From an uncultured Prochlorococcus sp. (GTDB taxonomy: Bacteria > Cyanobacteriota > Cyanobacteriia > PCC-6307 > Cyanobiaceae): a DNA stretch of 64,000 bases. The stretch is from positions 30,139 through 94,138 of the forward strand of contig CACNWD010000001.1 in the NCBI GenBank assembly GCA_902624085.1, in the 5' to 3' direction. Each line of letters begins with the position of its first letter. Positions within the stretch are counted from its first letter, which is position 1. Positions 1-11,354 of the stretch are shown one piece after another. A program made the position numbers and the translations under genes. Below the pieces are notes generated by a model. The model made no database searches. It worked only from the letters and a program-made list of their open reading frames with translations, and was not told where the DNA came from.

Positions 1-177
1 TTCAGATTTAGCATAATCATCCCAAAACTTTATTGAATCTTTTTTTGCCGCTTCTTTTAATTCGATTAATTCTTTAAAGTCCTTTATTAAAGCATTTTTA
101 GAAAATTCTTTTGATGGAGGGAAAATTCTATTTTCTTCAAGAATATTATTAATTGAATTTTTTTTGTTTAGTGTCAT
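1..177 (-). CDS. acs: acetyl-CoA synthetase, N-terminal part (runs off the window start)
   Basis: Translated by hand from ATG at 177: MTLNKKNSINNILEENRIFPPSKEFSKNALIKDF...IKFWDDYAKSE, resembling the Acs N-terminus (I.S.L.E.R.FPP...FW). Not in the ORF track. Confidence 0.85.
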   Translation of the reverse strand, partial: MTLNKKNSINNILEENRIFPPSKEFSKNALIKDFKELIELKEAAKKDSIKFWDDYAKSE

Positions 178-263
178 ATTTTTTTGGTATTAATTAAATT
201 GAAGCAAAAATTATAAAATTTCCAATAAAAATTAACGGTATTTAAATTAAAATATTTATTCCT

Positions 264-1235
264 TTAATAAAGACGACTCAATACAAATTCAGGTAATGCC
301 ATTAGTGCTCTTTTATACTCAGATTCAGGTAGCCATAAAATTACATCTTTTGAATGAGTGGCGAAATCTTCTGCCAATATCCTGGATTTCTTTATAGCAC
401 CAGAACTCATAATTATTTCTAATGCATCATTTAAATCATCTTTTTCTGCTAATTCTCTATCAATTAAAACAGACAGATTTTTATTCTCCTCTAAAGCATA
501 TAAAACTGGAGCGGTTAAATAACCACTTGCTAGATCACTAACGGCTGGTTTTCCTAACTGTTTATCATTACCTGTGAAATCTAGAATATCGTCTACCACT
601 TGAAATGCCAAACCGATATTTTTTCCAAATTCATATAACATATCCAATTTATCAGCATTGATATCACTTAAAACCCCTGCAGCTTTGCAACTATTAGCTA
701 TTAATGATGCAGTTTTACAATAACTTTTATTTATATATTTTGAAAAAGTCTGACCTGAATCGTATCTATTTAAATTTTGCTTTATTTCACCCTCGGCTAA
801 ATCCATAATAACTCTACTAAGTAATTTAACTACCTCTACATTATCTAAATTGGCCAGATGCCAACTAGATTGAGCGAACAAAAAATCTCCAGCAAGAACA
901 GCGACCCTCGTATTAAATCTACTATGTACTGTCTCAACACCTCTTCTCATTGAAGATTCATCAACCACATCATCATGAACTAATGATGCTGTATGAATCA
1001 TTTCAGTTATTTCTGCCAATCTTTTGTGTTTTGTTGATAATGAAGAATCAACAGAAATAGCTTTTGAAATTAATAAAACGATTCCTGGTCTTAACCTTTT
1101 CCCACCTGCAGAAAACAAATGTTCTGCAGCAGCTTGCAATATAGGGTGCCCTGCCCCGATTAAATTTTTCAGCTCCAAGACAAGATCTTCAAGATCTTTC
1201 TCAACTGGTTGTAATAGCTCTGTAACTGTCTTCAT
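264..1235 (-). CDS. sds: solanesyl diphosphate synthase (trans-polyprenyl diphosphate synthase)
   Basis: GGKRLRP, first Asp-rich motif HDDVVD..RRG, second motif FQVVDDILD, KTA motif. Confidence 0.93.
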   Translation of the reverse strand: MKTVTELLQPVEKDLEDLVLELKNLIGAGHPILQAAAEHLFSAGGKRLRPGIVLLISKAISVDSSLSTKHKRLAEITEMIHTASLVHDDVVDESSMRRGVETVHSRFNTRVAVLAGDFLFAQSSWHLANLDNVEVVKLLSRVIMDLAEGEIKQNLNRYDSGQTFSKYINKSYCKTASLIANSCKAAGVLSDINADKLDMLYEFGKNIGLAFQVVDDILDFTGNDKQLGKPAVSDLASGYLTAPVLYALEENKNLSVLIDRELAEKDDLNDALEIIMSSGAIKKSRILAEDFATHSKDVILWLPESEYKRALMALPEFVLSRLY

Positions 1236-1262
1236 ATTTACCTCTTCTACATACTAAAGGAA

Positions 1263-2054
1263 TCAAGCCTCTCTTCGTAGGTTAACTAAAGTAATTTTTT
1301 TATTAATTTTTAACCAATTTGTTACTTTGATAGAAAATTCGTCAATCTTTCCAGTGGCAAAAAATTCTACATTGTCATATTTAATACACTTATCAAATTT
1401 ATTCGATGGATAAAAAAATTTATTTAAGTTATTTGTAAGAGCTATTGAAGGATCAATAATTTCTATATCTAATGATATTTTTTCTCTTAAAATTTGATAT
1501 ATCAAAGGGTAATGACTACATCCAAGGATTAATTCACTAATATTATTTTTTAATAATGGTCCTAAATATATATCTACAAGATAATTTATTTTTTTGTAAT
1601 CAATTGATATTCTCTCTATTTCAGATACAAATTCTGGACATGACTGTTGGAAGACTTTAATATCAGGTCTTATTTTGTTAATAATATTTTTATAAAAAGA
1701 TGATTTAACTGTTGCGGAGGTTGCTAGCACACCAATTGAGTTAGATTTAATAGTTCTAGAAACTGAAGTTATTAAATCAAAGCAAGGAATCTTTAAAGTT
1801 TTCTGCAATAAATCTAAAGCACAGGCATTTGTTGTATTGCATGCGATTAAAAGAGCATCGAGATCCTTTTTTTTAAACCAATTTGATATTTGAATTGCGA
1901 TATTTCTAATCTCTTTACTATCCTTTTCTCCATATGGATTTCTAGCAACATCTGCTAAGTAAATAACTTCAACATCTGTTCTTGTTGAAAGAAGTGAGTT
2001 TAAGACACTAAATCCTCCAATACCACTATCAAATATTCCTAATCTTATTTTCAA
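1263..2054 (-). CDS. murI: glutamate racemase
   Basis: GIFDSGIGG, PYG, IACNT and LGCSHYP catalytic Cys motifs. Confidence 0.95.
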   Translation of the reverse strand: MKIRLGIFDSGIGGFSVLNSLLSTRTDVEVIYLADVARNPYGEKDSKEIRNIAIQISNWFKKKDLDALLIACNTTNACALDLLQKTLKIPCFDLITSVSRTIKSNSIGVLATSATVKSSFYKNIINKIRPDIKVFQQSCPEFVSEIERISIDYKKINYLVDIYLGPLLKNNISELILGCSHYPLIYQILREKISLDIEIIDPSIALTNNLNKFFYPSNKFDKCIKYDNVEFFATGKIDEFSIKVTNWLKINKKITLVNLRREA

Positions 2055-3139
2055 CCTACTCTCTTAAAATATTCAAGGATACCTTTCGCTATAGCAAAGG
2101 CAACTCTTTTTCTATGAATTTTCTTTTCAAGTCTTCTAGCATCTAATCTACCAGTAACAAAACCTATCTCCGCAAGAACTGCAGGCATATTAGTTCTCTT
2201 AATTACATAATATCTTCCTCTCCGGACTCCTCTATCGGGACTACCTGGAGAAACTTTTAAAACTTCTTTTTGTATTTTTTCAGCTAAAAGCCTGCCACGC
2301 CATCCAGAATAATAAAAGGTCTCAATTCCATTGATATATCTTTTTTTCCCTCTAGAAGCATTTGCATGAATACTTACGAAAATATCTGAATTTGTTTTAT
2401 TTGCTAAGGCAACCCTTGGAGGTAAATCAATCTCTGTTTCTTTAATTCTGGTCATTTTCACATTAACACCTTTTTCTAAAAGTAATCTTGTAACAATCTT
2501 CGAAACATCCAAAACAACATCCGTTTCTTTTAAACCATCTATTCCCACAGCCCCAGAATCCCGACCTCCATGACCAGGATCAATAACTACAGAATATTTA
2601 TTTCTTTTAATACTAGGAAGATCTGAAATTCGCAAATTAATATCTCTAAAACTTCTTAACTTTTGTCTTTGAGGATTTGTAACAGATGCTTTTGAGACAT
2701 TTCCTTCCTTCATAGTCTTGAAAGAATTTATTGGGAAAGAAGTAAGTTTTATTTTCCACTTATTTTCATCTAGACCAATTAACTTTAATTGATAAGGATT
2801 AATACTTTTTTGTGGAGCGAATTCAATAACAAATCTTGTTCTGCCGCTGACAGGCTTTCCTAATCTAATTTCTTTAATAGGTCCATTTCCTTTTATTGTT
2901 CTTGGATTCAGTAATTCACCATTAAAGTCAACCCAGAATCTATCGCCATAGAGTTTATTAGCTTTTTGATAATAAGCTTTTAAATTTGAATTTTTTCTCG
3001 TTCTAAGTTCTAAAAGTCCATTTGAATTGAGAGACCAGGCTGCTAAGGCGCTAGAAGATTTAACAGGTTGACAAATAAAACTTAAAAGAAAAATTAAAGG
3101 TAAAAATCTAGCAAAATAATAATTATTTATTTTAAACAT
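2051..3139 (-). CDS. amiC: N-acetylmuramoyl-L-alanine amidase (Amidase_3) with signal peptide and AMIN-like N-domain
   Basis: VIDPGHGG.D.GA, FVSIHAN and PAVLAEIGF zinc motifs; hydrophobic N-terminus. Confidence 0.9.
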   Translation of the reverse strand: MFKINNYYFARFLPLIFLLSFICQPVKSSSALAAWSLNSNGLLELRTRKNSNLKAYYQKANKLYGDRFWVDFNGELLNPRTIKGNGPIKEIRLGKPVSGRTRFVIEFAPQKSINPYQLKLIGLDENKWKIKLTSFPINSFKTMKEGNVSKASVTNPQRQKLRSFRDINLRISDLPSIKRNKYSVVIDPGHGGRDSGAVGIDGLKETDVVLDVSKIVTRLLLEKGVNVKMTRIKETEIDLPPRVALANKTNSDIFVSIHANASRGKKRYINGIETFYYSGWRGRLLAEKIQKEVLKVSPGSPDRGVRRGRYYVIKRTNMPAVLAEIGFVTGRLDARRLEKKIHRKRVAFAIAKGILEYFKRVG

Positions 3140-3966
3140 TATTTTGCAAATATATTTGTTTTTCTATGTTTTAAACTAGGCATCTGTTCTCTAATCTTTT
3201 TTACTCTTGCCTTATCAGCAGGAGCAATGGCGGCACCCTGAGTTTTACCGGCATCTGAAAGGACAGTACCCCATGGATCAATAACCATGGCGTGGCCGTG
3301 ACTCTGTCTTCTGCCATAATGGATACCTGTCTGGGCAGGTGCAACTACATAAGCAGTATTTTCGATAGCTCTTGCTTGAAGTAAAATTTGCCAATGGTCC
3401 TTACCTGTAAAGGCAGTGAAAGCAGCAGGTATCATTAATAATTCTGCTCCATTTTCAGAAAGATATCTATAAAGCTCAGGAAATCTGACATCGTAGCAGA
3501 TTGATAATCCAACCTTACATAAACCAGGGATGTCAATAATAGGTGGCTTTTCAGACCCTGATAGAATAGTTGCTGATTCTTTATACAAATTACCATCAGG
3601 TAGATCTACATCAAAAAGGTGAATTTTATCGTATTGACCAATTATCAAGCCATCTTTTCCAAATAAAGCAGATCTATTAAGTATATGAGTATCATCTCCA
3701 GCAGGCACAGGATATCCACCTCCCAAAAGAAATACTTGATATCTCTGAGACATAGTTTTAAGAAAATTAGCACACTTATTAGATAACTCTCCTGATAATT
3801 TTAGTTTTTCAGAATCATCACCCAAAAAAGCAAAATTTTCAGGCAAACCAATTAATTCAGCACCTCTTCTTGTAGCTAATTCAATCTGTTCCTCAGCTTC
3901 TGCAAAATTAGAATCAATATTAGAAGTACTTGTTATTTGTAATGCTGCGACAAGGAAATCAGTCAA
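3139..3966 (-). CDS. carbon-nitrogen hydrolase, Nit1-like (probable deaminated glutathione amidase)
   Basis: Glu-Lys-Cys triad in LPENF, YDKIHLFD and ICYDVRFPE; TGKDHW..L.ARAIEN; DPWG. Confidence 0.85.
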   Translation of the reverse strand: MTDFLVAALQITSTSNIDSNFAEAEEQIELATRRGAELIGLPENFAFLGDDSEKLKLSGELSNKCANFLKTMSQRYQVFLLGGGYPVPAGDDTHILNRSALFGKDGLIIGQYDKIHLFDVDLPDGNLYKESATILSGSEKPPIIDIPGLCKVGLSICYDVRFPELYRYLSENGAELLMIPAAFTAFTGKDHWQILLQARAIENTAYVVAPAQTGIHYGRRQSHGHAMVIDPWGTVLSDAGKTQGAAIAPADKARVKKIREQMPSLKHRKTNIFAK

Positions 3967-3997
3967 TGTTTTTAACTCCTGAAAAAAATAAATTCAT

Positions 3998-4732
3998 TTA
4001 AGAGGCACGGATAACCCCTCTTTCTACTTGTGTGGGAACAATATCTAAGCAATCAATTTGAGAGCAGCATTTAAAATCCTCTTCATAATCTCCAATACTA
4101 GCCAATCTTTTACCATGAGTAGCTGTCTTAAGACATTTTAATACATCATCTTTCCAAAAACCCCACAAAGCTAAAGCAGCATTTAATTCATCATTAACAA
4201 TATTAACTTGTGAGTTCGGAAAGTTTATAAGATAATCTGCAAGTGCGCCAGCAGCCAATGAATCCTCCAAGGAATAATTTCCTTCCCATCCACTACCAAG
4301 CATTAAAATATTACTCTTATTTAGAGAAATTATTCTATCTGCAACGGCCTTCCTATTTGTTAATGCCATTGGGAATAAGAATTGACTATTCTCAACTTTT
4401 TGAAGAGCTTTTGTACCATTAGTCGTACTCATAAATAATCTTTTTCCTTCAACAATGTTTTTTGTCACTGTTAAAGGCGAATTACCTAAATCAAATCCAT
4501 CTATTTTCTTTCCACCTCGTTCAGCTAACATTACCCTTTTTTCAGGGTTCCATTTCAATGCATTCTCTCTTAATAAATCTAAATCAGAAAAAACTTCTAT
4601 AGAATCAGCTCCATTTTTCAGGGCCCATGCGATAGTAGTAGTTGCTCTTAATACATCAATAACAACTGCTATCTCGGATTTATTCTCTGGGACGTCAGAA
4701 GCGACGTGATAATAAGTAAGATTTAAATTCAA
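3998..4732 (-). CDS. comB: 2-phosphosulfolactate phosphatase family protein
   Basis: VIDVLRATTT, GFDLGNSP, STTNGT and SLEDSLAAG motifs. Confidence 0.9.
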   Translation of the reverse strand: MNLNLTYYHVASDVPENKSEIAVVIDVLRATTTIAWALKNGADSIEVFSDLDLLRENALKWNPEKRVMLAERGGKKIDGFDLGNSPLTVTKNIVEGKRLFMSTTNGTKALQKVENSQFLFPMALTNRKAVADRIISLNKSNILMLGSGWEGNYSLEDSLAAGALADYLINFPNSQVNIVNDELNAALALWGFWKDDVLKCLKTATHGKRLASIGDYEEDFKCCSQIDCLDIVPTQVERGVIRAS

Positions 4733-4889
4733 ACTGAAAGCTTAATAAAAAAAATTATCAAAGGTACATAAAAAAAATTAAATAGATTTAAATTTATTTA
4801 ATTTTGCATTGATAACAATAAATTTCTAAGTACTTAATTGATACTATATAAATTACTTTAACTTTTTACTACCTTAACTTCAAATCATT

Positions 4890-6197
4890 ATGAATAATTC
4901 TCGAACATTAGAAGGTGGAGGAAGTTTGCAAGGTATTATTGAAGTCCCTGGGGATAAATCAATATCACATAGAGCACTAATTTTAGGGAGTATTGCAGAA
5001 GGGCAAACAACCATTAGTGGTTTTTTAAATTCAGAAGACCCAATATCAACAGCAAACTGTCTGAGAAATTTAGGAGTTAAAATTTCAGATATTGTTGAAG
5101 GAGAGACTTTTGAAGTTATTGGCAGGGGGCTTGAAGGATATGAAGAACCCAAAGAAATTCTTAACTGTGGAAATTCTGGCACGACAATGCGTTTGATTAT
5201 GGGAATTTTAGCTGGTCAAAAAGATAAGAATTTCATACTAACTGGTGATGAATCTCTTATTGAAAGACCTATGGGAAGAGTATGCAAGCCTCTAAAAATG
5301 ATGGGTGGAAAATTATTTGGAAGAGAAGGAGGGAATAAAGCTCCCATATCAATATCAGGTGCAAGCCTTAAAGGTTGTGTAATTGGAACCCCAGTAGCGA
5401 GTGCACAAGTTAAGTCAGCCATCCTACTCGCCGGTTTAACTGCTGCGGGGCCAACTTCAGTTATTGAACCAGCCTCATCCAGAGATCATACGGAAAGGAT
5501 GCTGAACGCTTTTGGCGCAGACATAAAAATCAGAGGGGAATTAGGTAGAAATATTGTTATAAATCCTGGCAGAGACTTAAAAGGTCAAGAGATATTAATC
5601 CCTGGAGATATAAGTTCAGCTTCTTTTTGGATGATAGCTGCCTCTATCATTCCAAATTCAAACATTACTATTAAAAATGTTGGACTTAATCCTACAAGAA
5701 TTGGAATATTGAAAGTAATGGATATGATGGGATGCGATTATAAAATTGATGAACAATCAACTATAGCTGGAGAAATGATTGGCAATATTCATGTTAAAAC
5801 AGCCAATGAACTTAAGCCTTTTACAATACAAGGAGATATTCTTCCGAAATTAATTGATGAGATACCCATACTTACCGTTGCAGCTTGTTACTGTGGAGGC
5901 ATTTCATACATTAATGATGCATCTGAATTGAGAGTCAAAGAAACAGATCGTTTAAAAGTTATGGCAAGGCAACTAAATAAATTTGGAGCAACTATCAAAG
6001 AGAAGCATGATGGACTAATAATTAATGGTGATTCCAAATTTATTGGAGCAGATGTTGATAGTGAGACAGATCATCGAGTAGCTATGAGTTTAGCTATTGC
6101 AGCACTATTAGCGAAAGGATCATCAAATATTTTTAGATTTGATGCTTCTAATGTTTCTTACCCAGGATTTTGGAACGATTTGGAATCTTTACTTTAA
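4890..6197 (+). CDS. aroA: 3-phosphoshikimate 1-carboxyvinyltransferase (EPSP synthase)
   Basis: [39 protein letters not shown]. Confidence 0.97.
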   Translation: MNNSRTLEGGGSLQGIIEVPGDKSISHRALILGSIAEGQTTISGFLNSEDPISTANCLRNLGVKISDIVEGETFEVIGRGLEGYEEPKEILNCGNSGTTMRLIMGILAGQKDKNFILTGDESLIERPMGRVCKPLKMMGGKLFGREGGNKAPISISGASLKGCVIGTPVASAQVKSAILLAGLTAAGPTSVIEPASSRDHTERMLNAFGADIKIRGELGRNIVINPGRDLKGQEILIPGDISSASFWMIAASIIPNSNITIKNVGLNPTRIGILKVMDMMGCDYKIDEQSTIAGEMIGNIHVKTANELKPFTIQGDILPKLIDEIPILTVAACYCGGISYINDASELRVKETDRLKVMARQLNKFGATIKEKHDGLIINGDSKFIGADVDSETDHRVAMSLAIAALLAKGSSNIFRFDASNVSYPGFWNDLESLL

Positions 6198-6208
6198 TTT
6201 TCATATAA

Positions 6209-7084
6209 TTGAATAATTTAATAAAGATAATTACTAAAGACGGGAGCATTTCTTTTAGAAGTGAAAAATTTAATGAAAATTTTCATAGTAAAGCAGGAGC
6301 ATATTATGAAACAAAAAATAAATTCATTAACCCTTCCAGACTTAAAAGATTTCAAAATAAACCCATAAATGTTTTAGATATATGTTTTGGGATCGGATAT
6401 AATTCAGCTTTGCTTTTTGAAAATCTAAAAATAGAATTATCAACTTTAAATTGGTATGGATTAGAGATTGATAAAAGACCACTAAATTATGCGTTAACTG
6501 ACAAAAATTTTAATCACTTATGGAGTCCAAAAGTAATTGAAATTCTAAATTCCCTAAATTTAAAAGGCTTATACAAAAATAAGAATTTCGATTGCAAACT
6601 GATGATAGGAGATGCCAGAAAAGAAATTTTAAATATACCAAAAGAATTAAATTTTGACTTAATTTTTCTAGATGGGTTTTCGCCTCAAAAATGTCCTGAG
6701 ATCTGGTCTTATGAATTTCTATCACAATTAAAAAATAAAATAAAATATGAAGGCTACTTAATTACATATACATCAGCAGCAGCTGTAAGAAAATCATTAA
6801 AAAATCTAGGTTTTAATTTATTTAATATATTACCAACTCTTTCAAATAAAAATTATTGGAGTGATGGAACATTAGCTACTTTTGATAATCATCAAAATAA
6901 CCCTTACATCAAGCAATTATCAGATATGGAAATTGAACATCTAAATACAAAAGCATCTATTCCTTATAGAGATCCAACAGGAGAAATGTTATCAAAAGAA
7001 ATTCTAGAAATAAGGAAAAAAGAGCAACAATTTTCTAAGCTTTTAAATACAAATTCCTGGAGAAAGAAATGGAAGATGGCATAA
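6209..7084 (+). CDS. MnmC/MnmD-like SAM-dependent tRNA methyltransferase (stand-alone domain)
   Basis: T.DGS...S..F.E.FHS..GA, LDICFGIGYN, FLDGFSP..PEIW, TYTSAAAVR. Confidence 0.8.
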   Translation: MNNLIKIITKDGSISFRSEKFNENFHSKAGAYYETKNKFINPSRLKRFQNKPINVLDICFGIGYNSALLFENLKIELSTLNWYGLEIDKRPLNYALTDKNFNHLWSPKVIEILNSLNLKGLYKNKNFDCKLMIGDARKEILNIPKELNFDLIFLDGFSPQKCPEIWSYEFLSQLKNKIKYEGYLITYTSAAAVRKSLKNLGFNLFNILPTLSNKNYWSDGTLATFDNHQNNPYIKQLSDMEIEHLNTKASIPYRDPTGEMLSKEILEIRKKEQQFSKLLNTNSWRKKWKMA

Positions 7085-7130
7085 AAAACATCTAATAGTT
7101 AAATTTATGTAAAAGAAGAAAAAAGAATTC

Positions 7131-8477
7131 ATGCTAGCTATTGCGATACTTGCCGCAGGGAAAGGAACAAGAATGGTAAGCAACTTACCAAAAGTATTAC
7201 ATAGAATTTCAGGAGAAACTCTTTTAAATAGGATCATAAATACTTCTATAAAACTTAATCCAGATAAGATATTTGTTGTGATTGGTCATAAACCCGACCT
7301 GGTTAAAAAGTCATTATTAAATAAAGGGAATGTAGAAATAGTTTTACAAGAGCCTCAATTGGGTACGGGCCATGCTGTACAGGTTTTATCAAAGGAATTT
7401 AGCAATTTCAAAGGTAATTTACTAATCCTTAATGGTGATGTACCACTTATAAGAGCAGAATCATTAGAAGAACTTTTAAAAGTACACTCATCAATGGACG
7501 CAGATGTTTCTATAATTACAGCAGAAAAAGAAAATCCGTATGGCTATGGCAGGGTTTTTAAAAAGGATAATTTTATTGAAAAGATTATCGAGGAAAAAGA
7601 TTGTAGCCTAAATGAAAAAAATAATAAGTTAATTAATGCAGGAATATATTGTTTTAATTGTGAAAGATTAATTAAAATTATAAATAATTTAGAATCAAAT
7701 AATAATCAAAAAGAATTTTATCTTACAGATACTATTTCACTTTTGAAGAGAGCAATTTCTTATGAAATTTTTGATAAAGAAGAAATACAAGGTATCAACA
7801 ATAGGGTTGATTTAGCCAAGTGCGAAGAAATCATACAAAGGAAAATTAAAACAAGGCATATGCTAAATGGTGTGACTTTTGTAAATCCAGAGAGCTCATC
7901 AGTAAGCGAAGAGTCTGAAATAGGAATAGATGTAATTATTGAAGCAAATACTCACATAAGAGGATTCTCAAAAATTTCTGATAATTGCATTATTGGGCCA
8001 AATACATTTCTAGAAGATACTACAATCAAAAAAAATACTAAAGTAGTAAATTCAACTATATTTAACTCTGAGATAATGGATAATGTAAATATAGGTCCTT
8101 ATAGTCATATAAGACCAGCTTCTAGAATTTCATCTAATAGCAAAATTGGTAATTTCGTTGAAATAAAAAATAGCCACATATCTCAATCAGTAAAAGTAAA
8201 TCATCTTAGTTATATAGGTGATACTAATATTGGCAAATTTACAAATATTGGAGCGGGAACAATTACAGCAAATTATGATGGGTTTAAAAAAAACATTACA
8301 AATATTGGTGAATATTGTAGTGTTGGCTCCAATTCAGTTTTAATTGCTCCAATAACTCTTGGGAATGCAGTAACAATTGGTGCTGGATCAGTAATTAATA
8401 AAGATGTTAAAAGTGATTCCTTAGCCATCTCTAGAGTAAGACAATTAAATATAGATAACTGGAAAAAAGCTAATTAA
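7131..8477 (+). CDS. glmU: bifunctional UDP-GlcNAc pyrophosphorylase / glucosamine-1-P acetyltransferase
   Basis: [10 protein letters not shown]...[19 protein letters not shown], hexapeptide repeats, [22 protein letters not shown]. Confidence 0.97.
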   Translation: MLAIAILAAGKGTRMVSNLPKVLHRISGETLLNRIINTSIKLNPDKIFVVIGHKPDLVKKSLLNKGNVEIVLQEPQLGTGHAVQVLSKEFSNFKGNLLILNGDVPLIRAESLEELLKVHSSMDADVSIITAEKENPYGYGRVFKKDNFIEKIIEEKDCSLNEKNNKLINAGIYCFNCERLIKIINNLESNNNQKEFYLTDTISLLKRAISYEIFDKEEIQGINNRVDLAKCEEIIQRKIKTRHMLNGVTFVNPESSSVSEESEIGIDVIIEANTHIRGFSKISDNCIIGPNTFLEDTTIKKNTKVVNSTIFNSEIMDNVNIGPYSHIRPASRISSNSKIGNFVEIKNSHISQSVKVNHLSYIGDTNIGKFTNIGAGTITANYDGFKKNITNIGEYCSVGSNSVLIAPITLGNAVTIGAGSVINKDVKSDSLAISRVRQLNIDNWKKAN

Positions 8478-9847
8478 CTTATATAGGGAATTAATTTATC
8501 TAATTGCCAATATCTACTACCTTTAATTAATAAAATATCACCTTTAACAGTAATTTCATTAATGATAGGAATAATACTATCAATTTGATTCACAATGAAG
8601 ATTTTTTCACTTATTGAGCAATATTTTCTAATTTCAATTTCTAATTCTTTTTCACAAAGAAATATACATCTCTTAATATCTGAATTATTTATTAATTTAA
8701 AAATTTCTATGTGATATTCATCCGAATTATTACCTAATTCCCTCATACTTCCAAAAATAAAGAAATGCCTACCTGGATAATCAAGAAGGCATTTAATACA
8801 AGCTTTTACTGACTCAGGCGAAGCATTATAAGATTCATCCATTATTAACAATTTCTTGGTATTGATAACATTGTTCCTCCCATCTAAACTTCTAAAATTA
8901 AATTTGTTAAATTTTTTAAAATCAATACCTAATTCTCTCGAGATTGCATATACATATAAAAAATTTAAAGCATTATGAAATCCTTTAAAAGATATTTCAA
9001 AATATTTTTCTTCAATTTTAATTATATTTTTAGAAACATCGTAAAGGCCCAAAATAAAATTATCATTGGATGAATTTAATTTAATATTTTTTCTATTTTT
9101 TTCTAACTTCACTTTTATAACTTTACCTCTCCAAAAATTTTTTAAATTTTCATCCAAAAGAGGTTCTCCGTAGGGAATGATTACTACCCCATCAGGATTT
9201 AGATGTTGAGTGATTTCACATTTTGCTTTGGCAATAGAATCTCTTGACCCCAAGATTCCTATATGTGAACTCCCAATATTAGTAATAACGGCAATATTAG
9301 GTTCTGAAAATTTCGATAATATTTCTATCTGTCCTCTTCCTCTCATACCCATTTCTAAAACCAATAATTCTTCTGAATCCTCACATGAATGTATCGTTAG
9401 AGCTACACCAATTTCATTATTATTATTTTTCTCTGAAACTTTTACCTTTCCATAACTTTTTAAAACTTCCAATGCCATTTCTTTAGTAGTTGTTTTACCA
9501 ACTGAACCCGTAATTGCAATAACTGGAATTTTTAATTTTCTCCTTTTAACTAAGGCTAAATTCTGCAAAGCTTCTTTAGTATCAGAGACCACCCAAAACG
9601 GATGATTCTTTGGAACAAGGTTTTGTTTGCCTTGATTTATAACAACCGCTTTGACTCCAATTTTTAAAACATTCTTTAGAAAATCATGGCCATCAAATTT
9701 TTCACCTTTTAATGCAATAAATAAATCTTTAGAAGATATTGTTCTACTATCTATAGAAATTTTGCTAAATGAAAAATCTCTCTTAACTGCCCCATTGAAA
9801 TTTATATTACCTAAAGTTTGATTAATCTCACTTATTGAGAATTTCAT
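8474..9847 (-). CDS. murF: UDP-MurNAc-tripeptide D-Ala-D-Ala ligase
   Basis: [43 protein letters not shown]. Confidence 0.95.
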   Translation of the reverse strand: MKFSISEINQTLGNINFNGAVKRDFSFSKISIDSRTISSKDLFIALKGEKFDGHDFLKNVLKIGVKAVVINQGKQNLVPKNHPFWVVSDTKEALQNLALVKRRKLKIPVIAITGSVGKTTTKEMALEVLKSYGKVKVSEKNNNNEIGVALTIHSCEDSEELLVLEMGMRGRGQIEILSKFSEPNIAVITNIGSSHIGILGSRDSIAKAKCEITQHLNPDGVVIIPYGEPLLDENLKNFWRGKVIKVKLEKNRKNIKLNSSNDNFILGLYDVSKNIIKIEEKYFEISFKGFHNALNFLYVYAISRELGIDFKKFNKFNFRSLDGRNNVINTKKLLIMDESYNASPESVKACIKCLLDYPGRHFFIFGSMRELGNNSDEYHIEIFKLINNSDIKRCIFLCEKELEIEIRKYCSISEKIFIVNQIDSIIPIINEITVKGDILLIKGSRYWQLDKLIPYIS

Positions 9848-9861
9848 TTATTTCAAAATTT

Positions 9862-11313
9862 TTAAGATTTCTTAAGTGATGGATCTGCTGATTGACCGTA
9901 TGAAAACTTTTCAATTTCAACAATATCAGGGGATGGTTCCTTAAAGCCACAAACATCTTTATACATAATTTCATATTCTAATGCTGATCTTTCCCAACTG
10001 AACTCTTTTGCCATAGCTCTTTTTTGAAGTAATCGCCAACTTTTTTTATGTCTGAATGCTTCCCAAGCCCGCACGAGTGCAGTATAAAAATCAATTGGTT
10101 CAAATCTATCAAAACAAAAACCTGTACCAAGATCATTCTCTGGGTCATGAGGGATAACAGTATCTACTAAACCACCAACTCTTCTTACAATTGGGATTGA
10201 TCCGTACCTCATCGCGAGTAATTGACTTATTCCACAAGGCTCAAATCGACTTGGCATCAAGAATGCATCTGACCCCCCATAAATCAGCCTCGAGAGAGCA
10301 TCATCATAGGTTAGAAATACAGCAAAGCGACCGGGATAATCAACAGCTAATTGCCATAATCCAGATTCTAAATAACGATCACCCGTCCCCAAAACTGCTA
10401 TTTGAGAATCTGTGTAAGCGAGCAATCTTTTGGAAACTTGTAAAAGTAGATCAACACCTTTCTGATCAACTAATCTTCCAACCATTCCCAATAAGAATTT
10501 ATTTCTATCGATATCTAAACCCATCTCTTTTTGTAATATTCTCTTATTCTCATAACGACCATCAAGATTATTGATATCAAAATTAGAAGGCAAATACTTA
10601 TCAATTAAGGGATTCCAATCCTGAAGATCTATCCCATTTAAAATTCCTCGTAATTTTCCAGATATATAATTTAAAAGCCCATCTAAACTCTCTCCATATT
10701 CATTAGTTTTAATTTCATCCGCGTAAGTTGGAGATACGGCATTTACTCTGTCTGAATACAACATAGCAGCAGCCATAGTGTGATCACCATGCATATACCA
10801 AGGACACCAAGTCATTTTCTCAAGTTTCCATCTCCACGGCCCCTGGTATTTGAGATTATGAATTGTAAATACTGTGCTAATTTCAGGATCTTGATGCATC
10901 CATACAGGAATCATTCCTGTATGCCAATCATGACAATGAAGTACTTGAGGTTTCCAACAGTTCCAAGCAAATTCTGCCGTTGCACTAGCAAAAAAAGTAA
11001 ATCGCCAATCCTCATCTTCTCCTCCATAGATTCTTTCTGAATCAAATGAAGGGTGTGCAACCAAATAAATCTTATAGTCATGAGTAGGATGAGTAGCCTG
11101 ATACACAGAAAAATCAGCACCCATCGTTTGAGCTCTAAATAAAGGTTCCTTCGTGATTTTTAACATGCTCCATAATTTTCCGTACCCTGGAATTATCACT
11201 CTTACATCATGGCCAAGATTTATTAGAGAAGGAGGTAGAGAACCTACCACATCACCCATACCTCCAACTTTGATCATGGGAGCACATTCTGCAGCAGCAA
11301 ATAGAATTCGCAT
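9862..11313 (-). CDS. glgA: glycogen synthase
   Basis: [39 protein letters not shown]. Confidence 0.97.
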   Translation of the reverse strand: MRILFAAAECAPMIKVGGMGDVVGSLPPSLINLGHDVRVIIPGYGKLWSMLKITKEPLFRAQTMGADFSVYQATHPTHDYKIYLVAHPSFDSERIYGGEDEDWRFTFFASATAEFAWNCWKPQVLHCHDWHTGMIPVWMHQDPEISTVFTIHNLKYQGPWRWKLEKMTWCPWYMHGDHTMAAAMLYSDRVNAVSPTYADEIKTNEYGESLDGLLNYISGKLRGILNGIDLQDWNPLIDKYLPSNFDINNLDGRYENKRILQKEMGLDIDRNKFLLGMVGRLVDQKGVDLLLQVSKRLLAYTDSQIAVLGTGDRYLESGLWQLAVDYPGRFAVFLTYDDALSRLIYGGSDAFLMPSRFEPCGISQLLAMRYGSIPIVRRVGGLVDTVIPHDPENDLGTGFCFDRFEPIDFYTALVRAWEAFRHKKSWRLLQKRAMAKEFSWERSALEYEIMYKDVCGFKEPSPDIVEIEKFSYGQSADPSLKKS

Positions 11314-11354
11314 TTAATATTTTAAATTACTTTTCATTGAAAAATAATAAACGA

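Noticed and set aside
8474-8477. Overlapping or abutting convergent stops (glmU/murF; also 29395/29397 and 59549/59550) and many TTG/GTG starts
   Set aside because: Ordinary features of a streamlined AT-rich genome, not a specific system.
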